From NCBI GenBank assembly GCA_044226625.1, contig JBGAGQ010000003.1:156190-220189 (forward strand): a DNA stretch of 64,000 bases, in the 5' to 3' direction. Position 1 is the stretch's first letter, and every line of letters begins with the position of its first letter. This document shows positions 20,405 through 29,702 of this stretch, piece by piece. Source of the stretch: Thermoanaerobaculia bacterium (lineage in GTDB: Bacteria; Acidobacteriota; Thermoanaerobaculia; Multivoradales; UBA5704). The notes beneath the pieces were generated by a model that saw nothing but the letters and a program-made list of their open reading frames with translations, had not been told where the DNA came from and did no database searches. Position numbers and translations under genes: made by a program.

Positions 20405-21661
20405 CTACGGTTTCGCCGTGCCGTAGAGAAACCGAAGCATCCCTTCAACGCGGGAGGCCCAGGAGATCTCGTCGTGTTGGCCCCCCTCCAGTTCCTCGAA
20501 GTGGAGATCGACTCCTTCCTTCCATCCCTTCTGGATAAGCGCGTCCCGGACGCGGAGCACCGCCGCTACGTAGTCGTCCCCCTCTCCCGTCCCGACGTCG
20601 ACCCAGAGGCGTAGGCGCGGTTTCTCCTTCAGACCCTCGATCGTCTTGAGCATCAGCTCGCCATCCCAACGGACCGCGGGTGAGACCGCCAGCGCGGCGC
20701 CGAAGACCTTCGGTTTCTCGAGCCCGAGCCAGAGAGAGACGAGCCCTCCGAGCGAGGCACCGCCGAGCGCCGTGTCCTCGGGGGCGCGCCGGGAACGGTA
20801 GGTTCGGTCGATGAACGGCTTGAGCTCCTCAGCGAGGAACCGGCCGTAAAGGCCCGCCTTACCACCCACCTTTTTCATCGATCCGTCGTCGTTCTTCCAG
20901 TCGATCGGGGTCGGCGCGTACTCGTCGAAGCGGTCCTTCGTGTTGGCGACCGCGACGACGATCACCGGTTCGATACGGCCGGTCGAGATGAGCTTCTCCG
21001 CCGCCTCGTCGACTTGCCACTCCATCCCCTGCTCGCCGCCATCGAAGACGTTCTGGCCGTCGTGGAAGTAGAGCACCGGATAGCGCCGCTTCGTCTCGCG
21101 GTCATAGCCCGGTGGCAGATAGACCTGAACGTCCCGGGTGGGAAGCAGACGGGAAGGAAACGCCGGATGCCTCCTTATCGTGCCGACCCGGGACAGCTCG
21201 GGGGGCTCGGGCGGCGAGTTGAAAGCACGCCGAACGGTCTGCGTGGCGGCGCGCAGATAGAGCAGGCGATTGGTTCCGTCCTCCCACCCATCGCCTGGCC
21301 GTTCGGGGCGCTCGATCTTGAACTTGTAGGTCACCGGCTGGCCGCCGAACGGCGCGCGCGGGAAGGCGACCTCCACCTTATAGATCCCGTCGCCGTCGGG
21401 ATCGGCGGCGAGGCGCGTCTCCGACCAGCCGAGCGGCACCGTTCCGCTACGCACTCCGACGCGGTCGCTCGTTGCTTGGAACCGGCCGGCGGCGATCTCC
21501 GCACGAAGGTCGATCTCGAAAAGGACGTGGAACTCCTGCGCTCCCGGCTGAACCAGGGCGAGAACGGGCTCGGCGGCGCCGAGCGGGCGCGCTCCGATGA
21601 GGGACGGAACGGCCAGGGTGAGGGCCAGAGCGGGAAAGAAGAACGCGGGTCGACAGAACAC
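20405..21661 (-). CDS. Secreted esterase (IroE/Fes-like alpha/beta hydrolase) with N-terminal CBM20-like domain
   Basis: VYLPPGY, YPVLYFHDGQNVF, GASLG, HDEISW; N-terminal DPDGDGIYKV...YKFKI...WEDG. Confidence 0.85.
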   Translation of the reverse strand: MFCRPAFFFPALALTLAVPSLIGARPLGAAEPVLALVQPGAQEFHVLFEIDLRAEIAAGRFQATSDRVGVRSGTVPLGWSETRLAADPDGDGIYKVEVAFPRAPFGGQPVTYKFKIERPERPGDGWEDGTNRLLYLRAATQTVRRAFNSPPEPPELSRVGTIRRHPAFPSRLLPTRDVQVYLPPGYDRETKRRYPVLYFHDGQNVFDGGEQGMEWQVDEAAEKLISTGRIEPVIVVAVANTKDRFDEYAPTPIDWKNDDGSMKKVGGKAGLYGRFLAEELKPFIDRTYRSRRAPEDTALGGASLGGLVSLWLGLEKPKVFGAALAVSPAVRWDGELMLKTIEGLKEKPRLRLWVDVGTGEGDDYVAAVLRVRDALIQKGWKEGVDLHFEELEGGQHDEISWASRVEGMLRFLYGTAKP

Positions 21662-21919
21662 GGTTGGGCCCTCCTCTTGGCGAACAAAGCGACTCTTGAA
21701 GCTTATCGCACGCGCTGATGAAGGGACCGCTTGCGGGGCAATCGCTCGATCGCTATCAATGTGTCACAGGAAGTTCACGTACGAGCTATGGACGCGCCCC
21801 CTGCCAACCGCGGTCCTTCAGCTCTTGCTGTCACTTTCTCGTGACATTTGCGACACCCGCAAGCGCGGGTCCTGCTCTAGCGTCTTCGCAGCAGCTCTTT
21901 GAGAAAGTGGGAGGCTACG

Positions 21920-22558
21920 ATGAGACTTGTGGATCCCCGTCTCCAACAGGTCAAGGCGTTGACCGCATTGATGGCTGGAATGATCAATCAAATGGCCTAC
22001 CGAAGTTTCGATGAGGCTATCTATCTCCCGTCCAGCCACGTTGTTGACTGGCTGGACCGGCAGGACGAAGAAGTGAATCGGCTCGAGGAGCACCTCGAGG
22101 CTGAAATCGCTCTGACTCTCGCCCTGCATCATTCTTACGCCAGCGACTTTCGAGTACTCCGGGCCACGATGAGCTCGACGCGTCATCTCGAACATTTAGG
22201 CGACGCCCTCAAGAGCTTCGCGCGAAGAGTGTGGGAAACCCACGATGAGTTCGGAGTGTGCTTCCATTCTGGCCTCGTTCCCCTGGTGAAAGTTACAGGA
22301 GATCTCGTGTTCAACGCGCTTCGTTCGTTAACCGAGGAGAATCCGAACTTGGCAAATCAAACCGCGCTCGAAGGCCGCTCGACCGAACACTTAGTTCGCG
22401 ACTGCCTTCACGAATTTGCAAAGAGCGACTCCAGAGAGCCTAGCAAAGGCATGCACATCCGGGCGGGGGATCAACTCTATGCCGTAGCTTTGGAGGCCAA
22501 GCGCATCGCAGATACGGTCTCCTATTGTCTCAATGGGGACCCTCTGCAAGAGCCCTGA
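21920..22558 (+). CDS. PhoU-domain protein, divergent and orphan
   Basis: GGAGG RBS; DEEVNRLEE...ASDFRVL...LEHLGD matches PhoU repeat 1; repeat 2 degenerate (KRIAD). Confidence 0.6.
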   Translation: MRLVDPRLQQVKALTALMAGMINQMAYRSFDEAIYLPSSHVVDWLDRQDEEVNRLEEHLEAEIALTLALHHSYASDFRVLRATMSSTRHLEHLGDALKSFARRVWETHDEFGVCFHSGLVPLVKVTGDLVFNALRSLTEENPNLANQTALEGRSTEHLVRDCLHEFAKSDSREPSKGMHIRAGDQLYAVALEAKRIADTVSYCLNGDPLQEP

Positions 22559-22587
22559 GGTCACTATCCGATGATCGTGCCTGGAGG

Positions 22588-24176
22588 CTACCTCGCGCCC
22601 AGCACCTCCAACCGCACCGGCTCGTCGCGGTTCAGGTAGCTCTCCCCCGCCACGTTCATGCCGGTCGCTTGGTAGTTGCGATCGGCGCGCGCTCCCCAGC
22701 CTTCGAGGACGAGGAGGGCGATCGCGACGACGCCGAGGGCGCGGAGCGCCCGGCGCGGCAGCGGCGCCTCGGCCGGCGGTAGGAGGGGGCGCTCTCGGAG
22801 CGCGAGCCGTCCGATCCCAACCAGCGCCGACGCGACCAGGACGTTCCAGAACGGCAGGTAGAGCAGCCCTTGGCGAACGTAGCCGAAGAACAGGCCGGTC
22901 GAGACGAGACCCACTCCGGTAACGAGAAGGACGACGACGCCCCACCGGCGAGCTGACCCCGGCTGCATCAATGCGAAGATCCAGCCGAGCAGCGCGAGCG
23001 GGGCGAGAATCCAGAGCGCACCCTTGCCGTCGGGGAGGAAGACGTCGACCGCGCCGCGTACGCCGGAAAGGCCGCCAGGTCGATTCCACTGCGTCCAGCC
23101 GAGCCGAAAGGCGCCGAAGAAGCGTCCCCACTTGCGCAGGAGGAGCCGACCAAAACCGCGCGGGTTCTCGCGGATCCAATCCCAGGCCATTCGATCGCCG
23201 TGGAGCAGGAACTTCAGATGCTCCGGGTTGCGGAGGTTGAGGACGTCCGAGGTGCTCGCCGAGGCCATCAGCGAGCGGGAGAACGTACCGTCCGCCCCGG
23301 CGTGGTTCGCGAGCGCGAGGTTGATCGGTCCGTAGATCGTGATCGGCACGAAAGTCGGAAGCGGTTCCGCCGCCCCCTCGTGAGCGTTCACCTCGGAGAG
23401 GCGCAGGGCGTTGCGGAGCGTCCATGGGGCCACGACGAGAAACGCGCCGAGGAGGGCGAACGCCCACGGACGAAGCGACGCGGGATTCGACGAACGTCGC
23501 GCTCGCCAGAAACCCAACAAGCCGATGCCGAGGAGGAGCCCGCCGACCAGGACTCCTTCCGCGCGCAGGAGGGCGAGACAACCCAAGAGCGCGCCGAGCA
23601 ACAGCCCCGTTCGCCACGTGCCGGTCGCGGCACCGGGAGCGGAGAGAGGATGTTCGAGCTTGCGGGTCCAGATCCAGAGGATGAGGAGCAGCAGGGTGGC
23701 CCACGTTCCTTCCGTGACCGGGGCGACGTGGATCACGTAGAGGCCGAATGAGTAGAGCGAGAGCAGCGCTCCAAGGAGCGCCGCGAGCCGGCCGACGTAG
23801 GGCCGCGCGACGGCGTAGAGCAGGCCGATCGAGGCGCTCGCGACGAGGGCGAGGACGGCTTTCTCGGCGAAGAATGGAACCTTGGCGCTCGCGCCTCCCG
23901 CTCCGAGAAAGGTATGCAGGCCCGCGAGCAGCCAGGCGAAGCCGGGCGGATGGAACGGAATGCCGCCGTCGTAGAGCTTGCCCTCGAGCAACGAACGGGC
24001 ATATAGATAAAAGGTTTCGGAGTCTCCCTCGTAGAAGATCGTGAACGGCCAGTCGCGATCGCGGTTCGAGACGAGGAAGAAAGGTCCGCGCGCGAGCCGG
24101 ACGCTCGGCGAGGCGAGGCGGGCTTCGCTCGCGGCCCCGCCACAGCTCGGGGGTCGGGTCGTTTCTTGGGGCTCAA
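22588..24176 (-). pseudogene. ArnT/PMT-like (GT-C) membrane glycosyltransferase with 5' frameshift
   Basis: Main frame extends upstream of 23991 (FFLVSNRDRDWPFTIFYEGDSETFYLYARS..FHPPGF..VTEG..PWTLRN) without a start codon; the likely start TTG 24176 is in another frame. Confidence 0.6.
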
Positions 24177-24237
24177 GGCGGCGCGACGATAGCAGAGGGA
24201 ATCGGTAACTGATCGGAATCTGAGAGGAAGCGAGGAA

Positions 24238-24268
24238 AGGGGGACCGCCGGCGATCGGCGGCCCCCTG
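24238..24268. terminator. Hairpin downstream of metalloprotease 1
   Basis: AGGGGGACCGCCG-GCGAT-CGGCGGCCCCCT stem-loop; weak U tract on minus strand. Confidence 0.5.
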
Positions 24269-24282
24269 TCGAGCTCGATCGT

Positions 24283-26352
24283 TTACAGCGTGCAGGTCGG
24301 CCGCGCGCCGCAGGCGATGCCGTGCGCGGTGTAGGCGTCCCAGATCCTGCAGCCGTTCGGCGTGCCGTTCGCGAGGTTGCCGTCGTCGTCGTCCGCGGCC
24401 AGGAACACCGTGTACCAGTTCGACGCCGCGCAGCCGTCCACCGTCGCCGCCGGGTTGCACTTGCCTCCCGCGGCGACGCGATACGCGCTCTTGCTCGGCG
24501 TCAAGCTCTTGTACCAGATCGAATCCATGTTCGCCCAACCGGCGGTCGAGCCGTAGCGGCTGACGAGCGACTGCGCGAGATCCCAGTTCGCCGAGCTCGC
24601 GATGTAGCTCTCGCAGTGCCCTTCATAACCCATCGGTCCCTGATAGGCGCCGATGAAGATCAGCTGGAAGTAGGGGCAGGTGTAGCGGTCGCAATTGATG
24701 CCGTTGTTGTCGGCGACCGTGCTCGGCTTGGCGATCGTCTTGGTGCCCAGCGTCGAGAAATCCTGCATGTCGCGCACGCCCGTGCAGGTCGTGCAGTTCG
24801 TGCAGGTGACGCCCGGCTGGAAGTTCGGGCCGATGCAGCTGTTCTTCGTCTCGAGGAAGGCGAACGTGTCGCCCACCGCCTCGCCCGTTCCCTTGTCGCT
24901 CGCGGCGCCGCCCGAGTTGGTGTCCATCCCATGGCCCCACTCGTGGAGGAACACCGCCGCGATCTCGCCCGTGTTCGAACAGCCGCCGCCCGAGCGGTAG
25001 AAGTTCACCGTCGAGCCGTTCCAGAACGCGTTGCACGTCTGGTTGATGTTCATGTTCGCGGTGACCGTACCGTTCAACCAGGCGTTGCCGGGCAGGAAGC
25101 CGGCGGCTTTCCGGTTGATGTTGGTCAGGTGGTAGTAACCCGACCGCGTGGCGTGGGTGTTGCCCGCGCCGCCGACGCCCGGCGTCGTGCAGTCGGTGCC
25201 GCCGCTCGTGCCGAACGCGAGGTTGCCCGTCGTCGAATCCGACAGCGAGATCGCGCCGCAGTTGTCGGTCATCTTGAAATACTTACCGTTGAGCGTCGAG
25301 GTCGCCGCCCCGCCCGAGTAGGTGTAATTGCCCGCGGCGTCGGTCACCTTTGCGCCGCCGTTCGTGACGTTCGCGAACGGCAGACCGCGCACCACCTCGG
25401 GGTCCGTGTTGGTGGTCGGGAAGATCCCCCCGGTCACCTGGGCGTAGGAGTTCAAATCGACCATCTCCAGCACGCGGCCGGACTTGGCGTCGACCACCGC
25501 CTGCCAGGTCGTCGGATCGCCGTCCCGCCGGAACGCGAGACGCCACGCCAGGACGTGGCCGTAGCCCTTGCCCGGAGCGCCCGCGTAACGCATCGCCGGC
25601 GCCTCGCCGGCGGTGAGCGTCGGGTAGATCCGGAGCGCGCCCGCGTCGACGATTTCGGTCTTCTCGAACAGGCCGACACCGAGGCCGGCGAGCGCCACGG
25701 CGAACGCCTCTTCGCGGGTGATCCGAGGCCGGACGTCGAGCGTCACGTCGGCGATCTTCTCCGCGCCGAACTGCACGATGTTGCCGTTGTTGACGCGGAA
25801 GAAGACGTTCGCCCCCTCGACCGGCAGGCCGCGATAGAACTGCTGCAGCTCGATCGACCAGAAGCGGCCGTCGCCCGAGCGCGCGCTCGACGCCGCGTCG
25901 AGCCGCAGCGAGGCCGGCGCGACCCGCAGGACCTCGGGGAACCGCGCGAGGAACCCGCGCACGCGCGCTTCGACGTCGGCAAGGGTGGGATCCCGGTCGA
26001 GCTTCACGTCCTCACGGGTCAGGCGGTTGCCCTTGCCCGGCATCAGCGGTATGCCCACCCCTTCGATCAGGTTCGGCCGGCCGCTCCGCGTGTCCATCCG
26101 GACCTCCCACTCCGAGGAGTGGTTCGCGAAGAAGCGGTCGAGCGCCGCGAGGTCGGCGGCCCGCCGCGTGCCACGCTCGTAGATCGCGAGCGAAGGCGTG
26201 ACGTCGAGGTCGGGGACCGAGCCCCCGCGCGCGAAGGCGGCCGGACGCGGTGCGCCGGGGGGCGCCGAGGGCGGCTGGATGGCGTGAGCGAGCGACGGCG
26301 CGAGAATCGCCGCGGCGAGGACGACGAGACTCCTCGGACACAGAGCTTTCAC
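24283..26352 (-). CDS. Secreted zinc metalloprotease (M4/M36-like gluzincin) with FTP/PepSY-like propeptide, paralog 1
   Basis: GGAGGAG RBS + GTG, signal peptide, QFYRGLPVEG, VDAKSG, CNAFWNG, HEWGH and downstream GEAVGD. Confidence 0.88.
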   Translation of the reverse strand: MKALCPRSLVVLAAAILAPSLAHAIQPPSAPPGAPRPAAFARGGSVPDLDVTPSLAIYERGTRRAADLAALDRFFANHSSEWEVRMDTRSGRPNLIEGVGIPLMPGKGNRLTREDVKLDRDPTLADVEARVRGFLARFPEVLRVAPASLRLDAASSARSGDGRFWSIELQQFYRGLPVEGANVFFRVNNGNIVQFGAEKIADVTLDVRPRITREEAFAVALAGLGVGLFEKTEIVDAGALRIYPTLTAGEAPAMRYAGAPGKGYGHVLAWRLAFRRDGDPTTWQAVVDAKSGRVLEMVDLNSYAQVTGGIFPTTNTDPEVVRGLPFANVTNGGAKVTDAAGNYTYSGGAATSTLNGKYFKMTDNCGAISLSDSTTGNLAFGTSGGTDCTTPGVGGAGNTHATRSGYYHLTNINRKAAGFLPGNAWLNGTVTANMNINQTCNAFWNGSTVNFYRSGGGCSNTGEIAAVFLHEWGHGMDTNSGGAASDKGTGEAVGDTFAFLETKNSCIGPNFQPGVTCTNCTTCTGVRDMQDFSTLGTKTIAKPSTVADNNGINCDRYTCPYFQLIFIGAYQGPMGYEGHCESYIASSANWDLAQSLVSRYGSTAGWANMDSIWYKSLTPSKSAYRVAAGGKCNPAATVDGCAASNWYTVFLAADDDDGNLANGTPNGCRIWDAYTAHGIACGARPTCTL

Positions 26353-26556
26353 GTGGTCTCCTCCCTTTCGTTGAGGGGTGGTGGCTTGCCTTAAACACCG
26401 TAGTGCTCCCCGCCGAGGAGAACGAGCCGGCCGGGAGCGAGGCATTTTGGCGCGGTGCGCCGGACCACCCTGGGCAGGCCTCGCGGCCCCCCATACGAGA
26501 AAGGCCGCCACTCGAAAGCGACGGCCTCTCCCCAGTCGAGAAAGGTGCCGGAACCT

Positions 26557-28620
26557 CTACTGCGTGCAGGTCGGCCGCGCGCCGCAGGCGATGCCGTGCG
26601 CGGTGTAGGCGTCCCAGATCCTGCAGCCGTTCGGCGTGCCGTTCGCGAGGTTGCCGTCGTCATCGTCCGCGGCCAAGAACACCGTGTACCAGTTCGACGC
26701 CGCGCAGCCGTCCACCGTCGCCGCCGGGTTGCACTTGCCGCCGGCGACCAACCGGTACGCGCTCTTGCTCGGGGTCAAGCTCTTGTACCAGATGGCGTCC
26801 ATCTTCTGCCAACCGGTGGTCGTGCCCCAACGGGTGACGAGCGACTGGGCGAGGTCCCAGTTCGCCGAGCTCGCGATGTAGCTCTCGCAATGCCCTTCAT
26901 ACCCCATCGGTCCCTGATAGGCCGTGATGCCGCCGCTCAGGTACGGGCAGGTGAAACGGTCGCAGTTGATGCCGTTGTTGTCGGCGACCGTGCTCGGCTT
27001 GGCGATCGTCTTGGTGCCCAGCGTCGAGAAGTCTTGCACGTCGCGCACGCCCGTGCAGGTCGTGCAGTTCGTGCAGGTCACGCCCGGACGGAAGTTCGGG
27101 CCGATGCAGCTGTTCTTGGTCTCGAGGAAGGCGAACGTGTCGCCCACCGCCTCGCCCGTCCCCTTGTCGCTCGCCGCGCCGCCCGAGTTGGTGTCCATCC
27201 CGTGGCCCCACTCGTGGAGGAACACCGCCGCGATCTCGCCCGTGTTCGAGCAGCCGCCGCCCGAGCGGTAGAAGTTCACCGTCGAGCCGTTCCAGAACGC
27301 GTTGCACGTCTGGTTGATGTTCATGTTCGCGGTCAGGGTGCCGTTCAGCCAATTGTTGGTGGTGAGGAAGCTGGCCGCTTTCCGGTTGATGTTCGTCAGA
27401 TGGTAGTAGCCCGAACGCGTGGCGTGCGTGTTGCCCGCGCCGCCGACGCCCGGCGTCGTGCAGTTGGTGCCGCCGCTCGTTCCGAATGCGAGGTTGCCCG
27501 TCGTGGTGTTCGAAAGCGAGATCGAGCCACAGTTGTCGCTCATCCGGATGTACCGGCCGTTGAGCGTCGAGGTCGCGGTGCCGCCCGAGTAGGTGTAGTT
27601 GCCCGCGGAGTCGGCCACTTTGCTGCCACCGTTCGTGACGTTCGCGAACGGCAGGCCGACGACCACCTCCGGGTCGGTGTTGGTGGTCGGATAGACACCG
27701 CCGGTCACCTGGGCGTAGTCGTTCAGGTCCTGGAGGCTCAGCAGGTTGCCGGTCCGCGCGTCGACCACGGCGCCCCACGTCGCCGCATCGCCTTCGCGAC
27801 GGAAGGAGAGCTTCCAGGCGAGCACGTGGCCGTACCCTTTGCCGGGGTTGCCCGCGAAGCGCATGCCCGGGGCCTCGCCCTCGGTGAGGGTGGGATAGAT
27901 CCGGAGCGTGCCCGCCTCGACGATCTCGGTCTTCTCGAACAGGCCGATGCCGAGCGCGGCGAACGCCTTCGCGAACGCCTCTTCACGGCTCACCGACGGA
28001 CGCACGTCGAGCCGGACCTCGGCGATCTTCTCCGCGCCGAACTGCACGACGTTGCCCTGGTTGATGCGGAAGAAGACGTGCGCGCCGTCCACGGGGATCC
28101 CCCGGTAGTACTGCGCGAGCTCGATCGCCCAGAACTGGCCGTCCCGGCCGGCGCGCGCGCTCGAGGTCTCGTCCAACCGGAGCTGGCCTGGCGCCACCCT
28201 CAGGATCTCGGGGAACTTCGCGAGGAACCCCCGCACGCGGGTCTCAACGTCGCGCAGCGTCACGTCGCCCGAATGGCCGAGCCCGAGGTCTTCGCGGGTC
28301 AGCCGGTTGCCCTTGCCGGGCAGCAGCGGGATACCGATCCCCTCGATCAGGTTCGGCCGCGCGTTGCGCGTGTCCATCCGAACTTCCCACTGGTCGGAAT
28401 GGTTGGCGAAAAAGCGCTGGAACGAGGGGAGGTTCACGGCCTGCCGCGACCCGCGGCCGAAGATCTCGAGCGACGGCGAGACCTCGAGCAGGGTCGGCTT
28501 CGCCCCGAGCGGAGCTACGCGGAGCGATTCGTGCGGCGGAACGATGGCGGACGCGAACGACGGGAACCACAGGGCTGCGACGAGAGCGACGGCGACACTC
28601 CCCCTGACGAGGGTCCTCAT
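26557..28620 (-). CDS. Secreted zinc metalloprotease (M4/M36-like), paralog 2
   Basis: AGGAGGAG RBS + ATG 28620; same motifs as paralog 1. Confidence 0.88.
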   Translation of the reverse strand: MRTLVRGSVAVALVAALWFPSFASAIVPPHESLRVAPLGAKPTLLEVSPSLEIFGRGSRQAVNLPSFQRFFANHSDQWEVRMDTRNARPNLIEGIGIPLLPGKGNRLTREDLGLGHSGDVTLRDVETRVRGFLAKFPEILRVAPGQLRLDETSSARAGRDGQFWAIELAQYYRGIPVDGAHVFFRINQGNVVQFGAEKIAEVRLDVRPSVSREEAFAKAFAALGIGLFEKTEIVEAGTLRIYPTLTEGEAPGMRFAGNPGKGYGHVLAWKLSFRREGDAATWGAVVDARTGNLLSLQDLNDYAQVTGGVYPTTNTDPEVVVGLPFANVTNGGSKVADSAGNYTYSGGTATSTLNGRYIRMSDNCGSISLSNTTTGNLAFGTSGGTNCTTPGVGGAGNTHATRSGYYHLTNINRKAASFLTTNNWLNGTLTANMNINQTCNAFWNGSTVNFYRSGGGCSNTGEIAAVFLHEWGHGMDTNSGGAASDKGTGEAVGDTFAFLETKNSCIGPNFRPGVTCTNCTTCTGVRDVQDFSTLGTKTIAKPSTVADNNGINCDRFTCPYLSGGITAYQGPMGYEGHCESYIASSANWDLAQSLVTRWGTTTGWQKMDAIWYKSLTPSKSAYRLVAGGKCNPAATVDGCAASNWYTVFLAADDDDGNLANGTPNGCRIWDAYTAHGIACGARPTCTQ

Positions 28621-29055
28621 GGGCACTCCTCCTTTTAGATCACAGGATGTTCCTGTACCCAAGTAGGTGCACGGGAAGGCGGTCGGCGAGACGAGGAATG
28701 TCGGAAGGCCGCCCGGACATTTCGCCGAGGAAAGTCGCCCCGTCCTCACCGGCCCGAGGAAGGCGGGCTCGCGAGCTCCCGCTGATCCCCGCACCGCGGA
28801 TTTCCGGCCGAACTTTCCGACGCCGCAAAGGCGCTTCCGCCGATCTTGCCGAAATGATGATGCCGTTTGCCGCCTCCCAGCGCGCGGCAGACCTCGGCAC
28901 CACCCTTGCTATCCGACACAAACGAAAGCTTTTCGTCGGTGCGCGACGAAGAGCGTGCTCCCAAGAGCGGGGGGAACTCTCGCCGGTCGAACCGATCCCG
29001 CAGGCTCGAGCCGGACCCCTTCGTCGTCGCGGGGTATTTGTGTAAGGAGGATTCG

Positions 29056-29640
29056 ATGACCCGACTAAAGAAATATCTCCCCCTGCTCGCCGGGGCCGCC
29101 GTCACCGCCGCTCTAGCCTCAGGTCCCGCTCGAGCCACCGATCTCGGCCTGTACGGCTCCTACTGGGATACCGACGCCTTGAACTCGACCGCGGGCGGCG
29201 GCATCAAGCTCGGCTTCGGCGAGGGATTGGTTCGCTTCGAAGTCCGCGCGAGCCACTTCCCCGATCTCTCCGAGAACCTGAATGAGCTCGTCGACAACGG
29301 CACCGGCCGCTTCAAGGTCCGCGCGACCGTTCCCGAGGCGGGAGTGACCTTCAACTTCGCCCCCGAGAGCCGATTTCAGCCCTACGTCGGCGCGGGCGCT
29401 TCCTACTACGTGCTCGACACGAACCGATTCGAGATCAACGACGAGGTGGGTTGGTACGGCCTCGTCGGCTTCCACGTCGGCGGCGCCGAGGGCGGTCCGG
29501 CCTTCTTCGCCGAGGGCGTCTACCACAAGGTCGACGCGACGATCGAAAACGACAGCGCGAGCGACCCGGACTTCAACGGCAAGGTCGACTTCGACCTCTC
29601 CGGCCCGGCGGTGAACGCGGGCGTGTTGTTCCGGTTCTAG
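29056..29640 (+). CDS. Small outer-membrane beta-barrel protein (OmpA/OmpW-like)
   Basis: AAGGAGG RBS, signal peptide, FQPYVGAG, C-terminal GVLFRF. Confidence 0.85.
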   Translation: MTRLKKYLPLLAGAAVTAALASGPARATDLGLYGSYWDTDALNSTAGGGIKLGFGEGLVRFEVRASHFPDLSENLNELVDNGTGRFKVRATVPEAGVTFNFAPESRFQPYVGAGASYYVLDTNRFEINDEVGWYGLVGFHVGGAEGGPAFFAEGVYHKVDATIENDSASDPDFNGKVDFDLSGPAVNAGVLFRF

Positions 29641-29668
29641 ACCGGCTCGAGACCCAGGGTGTAGTTCA

Positions 29669-29702
29669 GGACGGCGGGGAGGAATCCCCGCCGTTCCTCT
29701 TT
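29669..29702 (+). terminator. Rho-independent terminator between convergent genes
   Basis: GGACGGCGGGGA-GGAA-TCCCCGCCGTTC followed by CTCTTT. Confidence 0.65.

Noticed and set aside
24060-24120. Programmed ribosomal frameshift in the GT-C gene
   Set aside because: No canonical slippery heptamer, and a TM helix appears to be missing, which favours a deletion
28925-29040. Riboswitch upstream of the small OMP gene
   Set aside because: A hairpin is present, but I recognise no aptamer consensus
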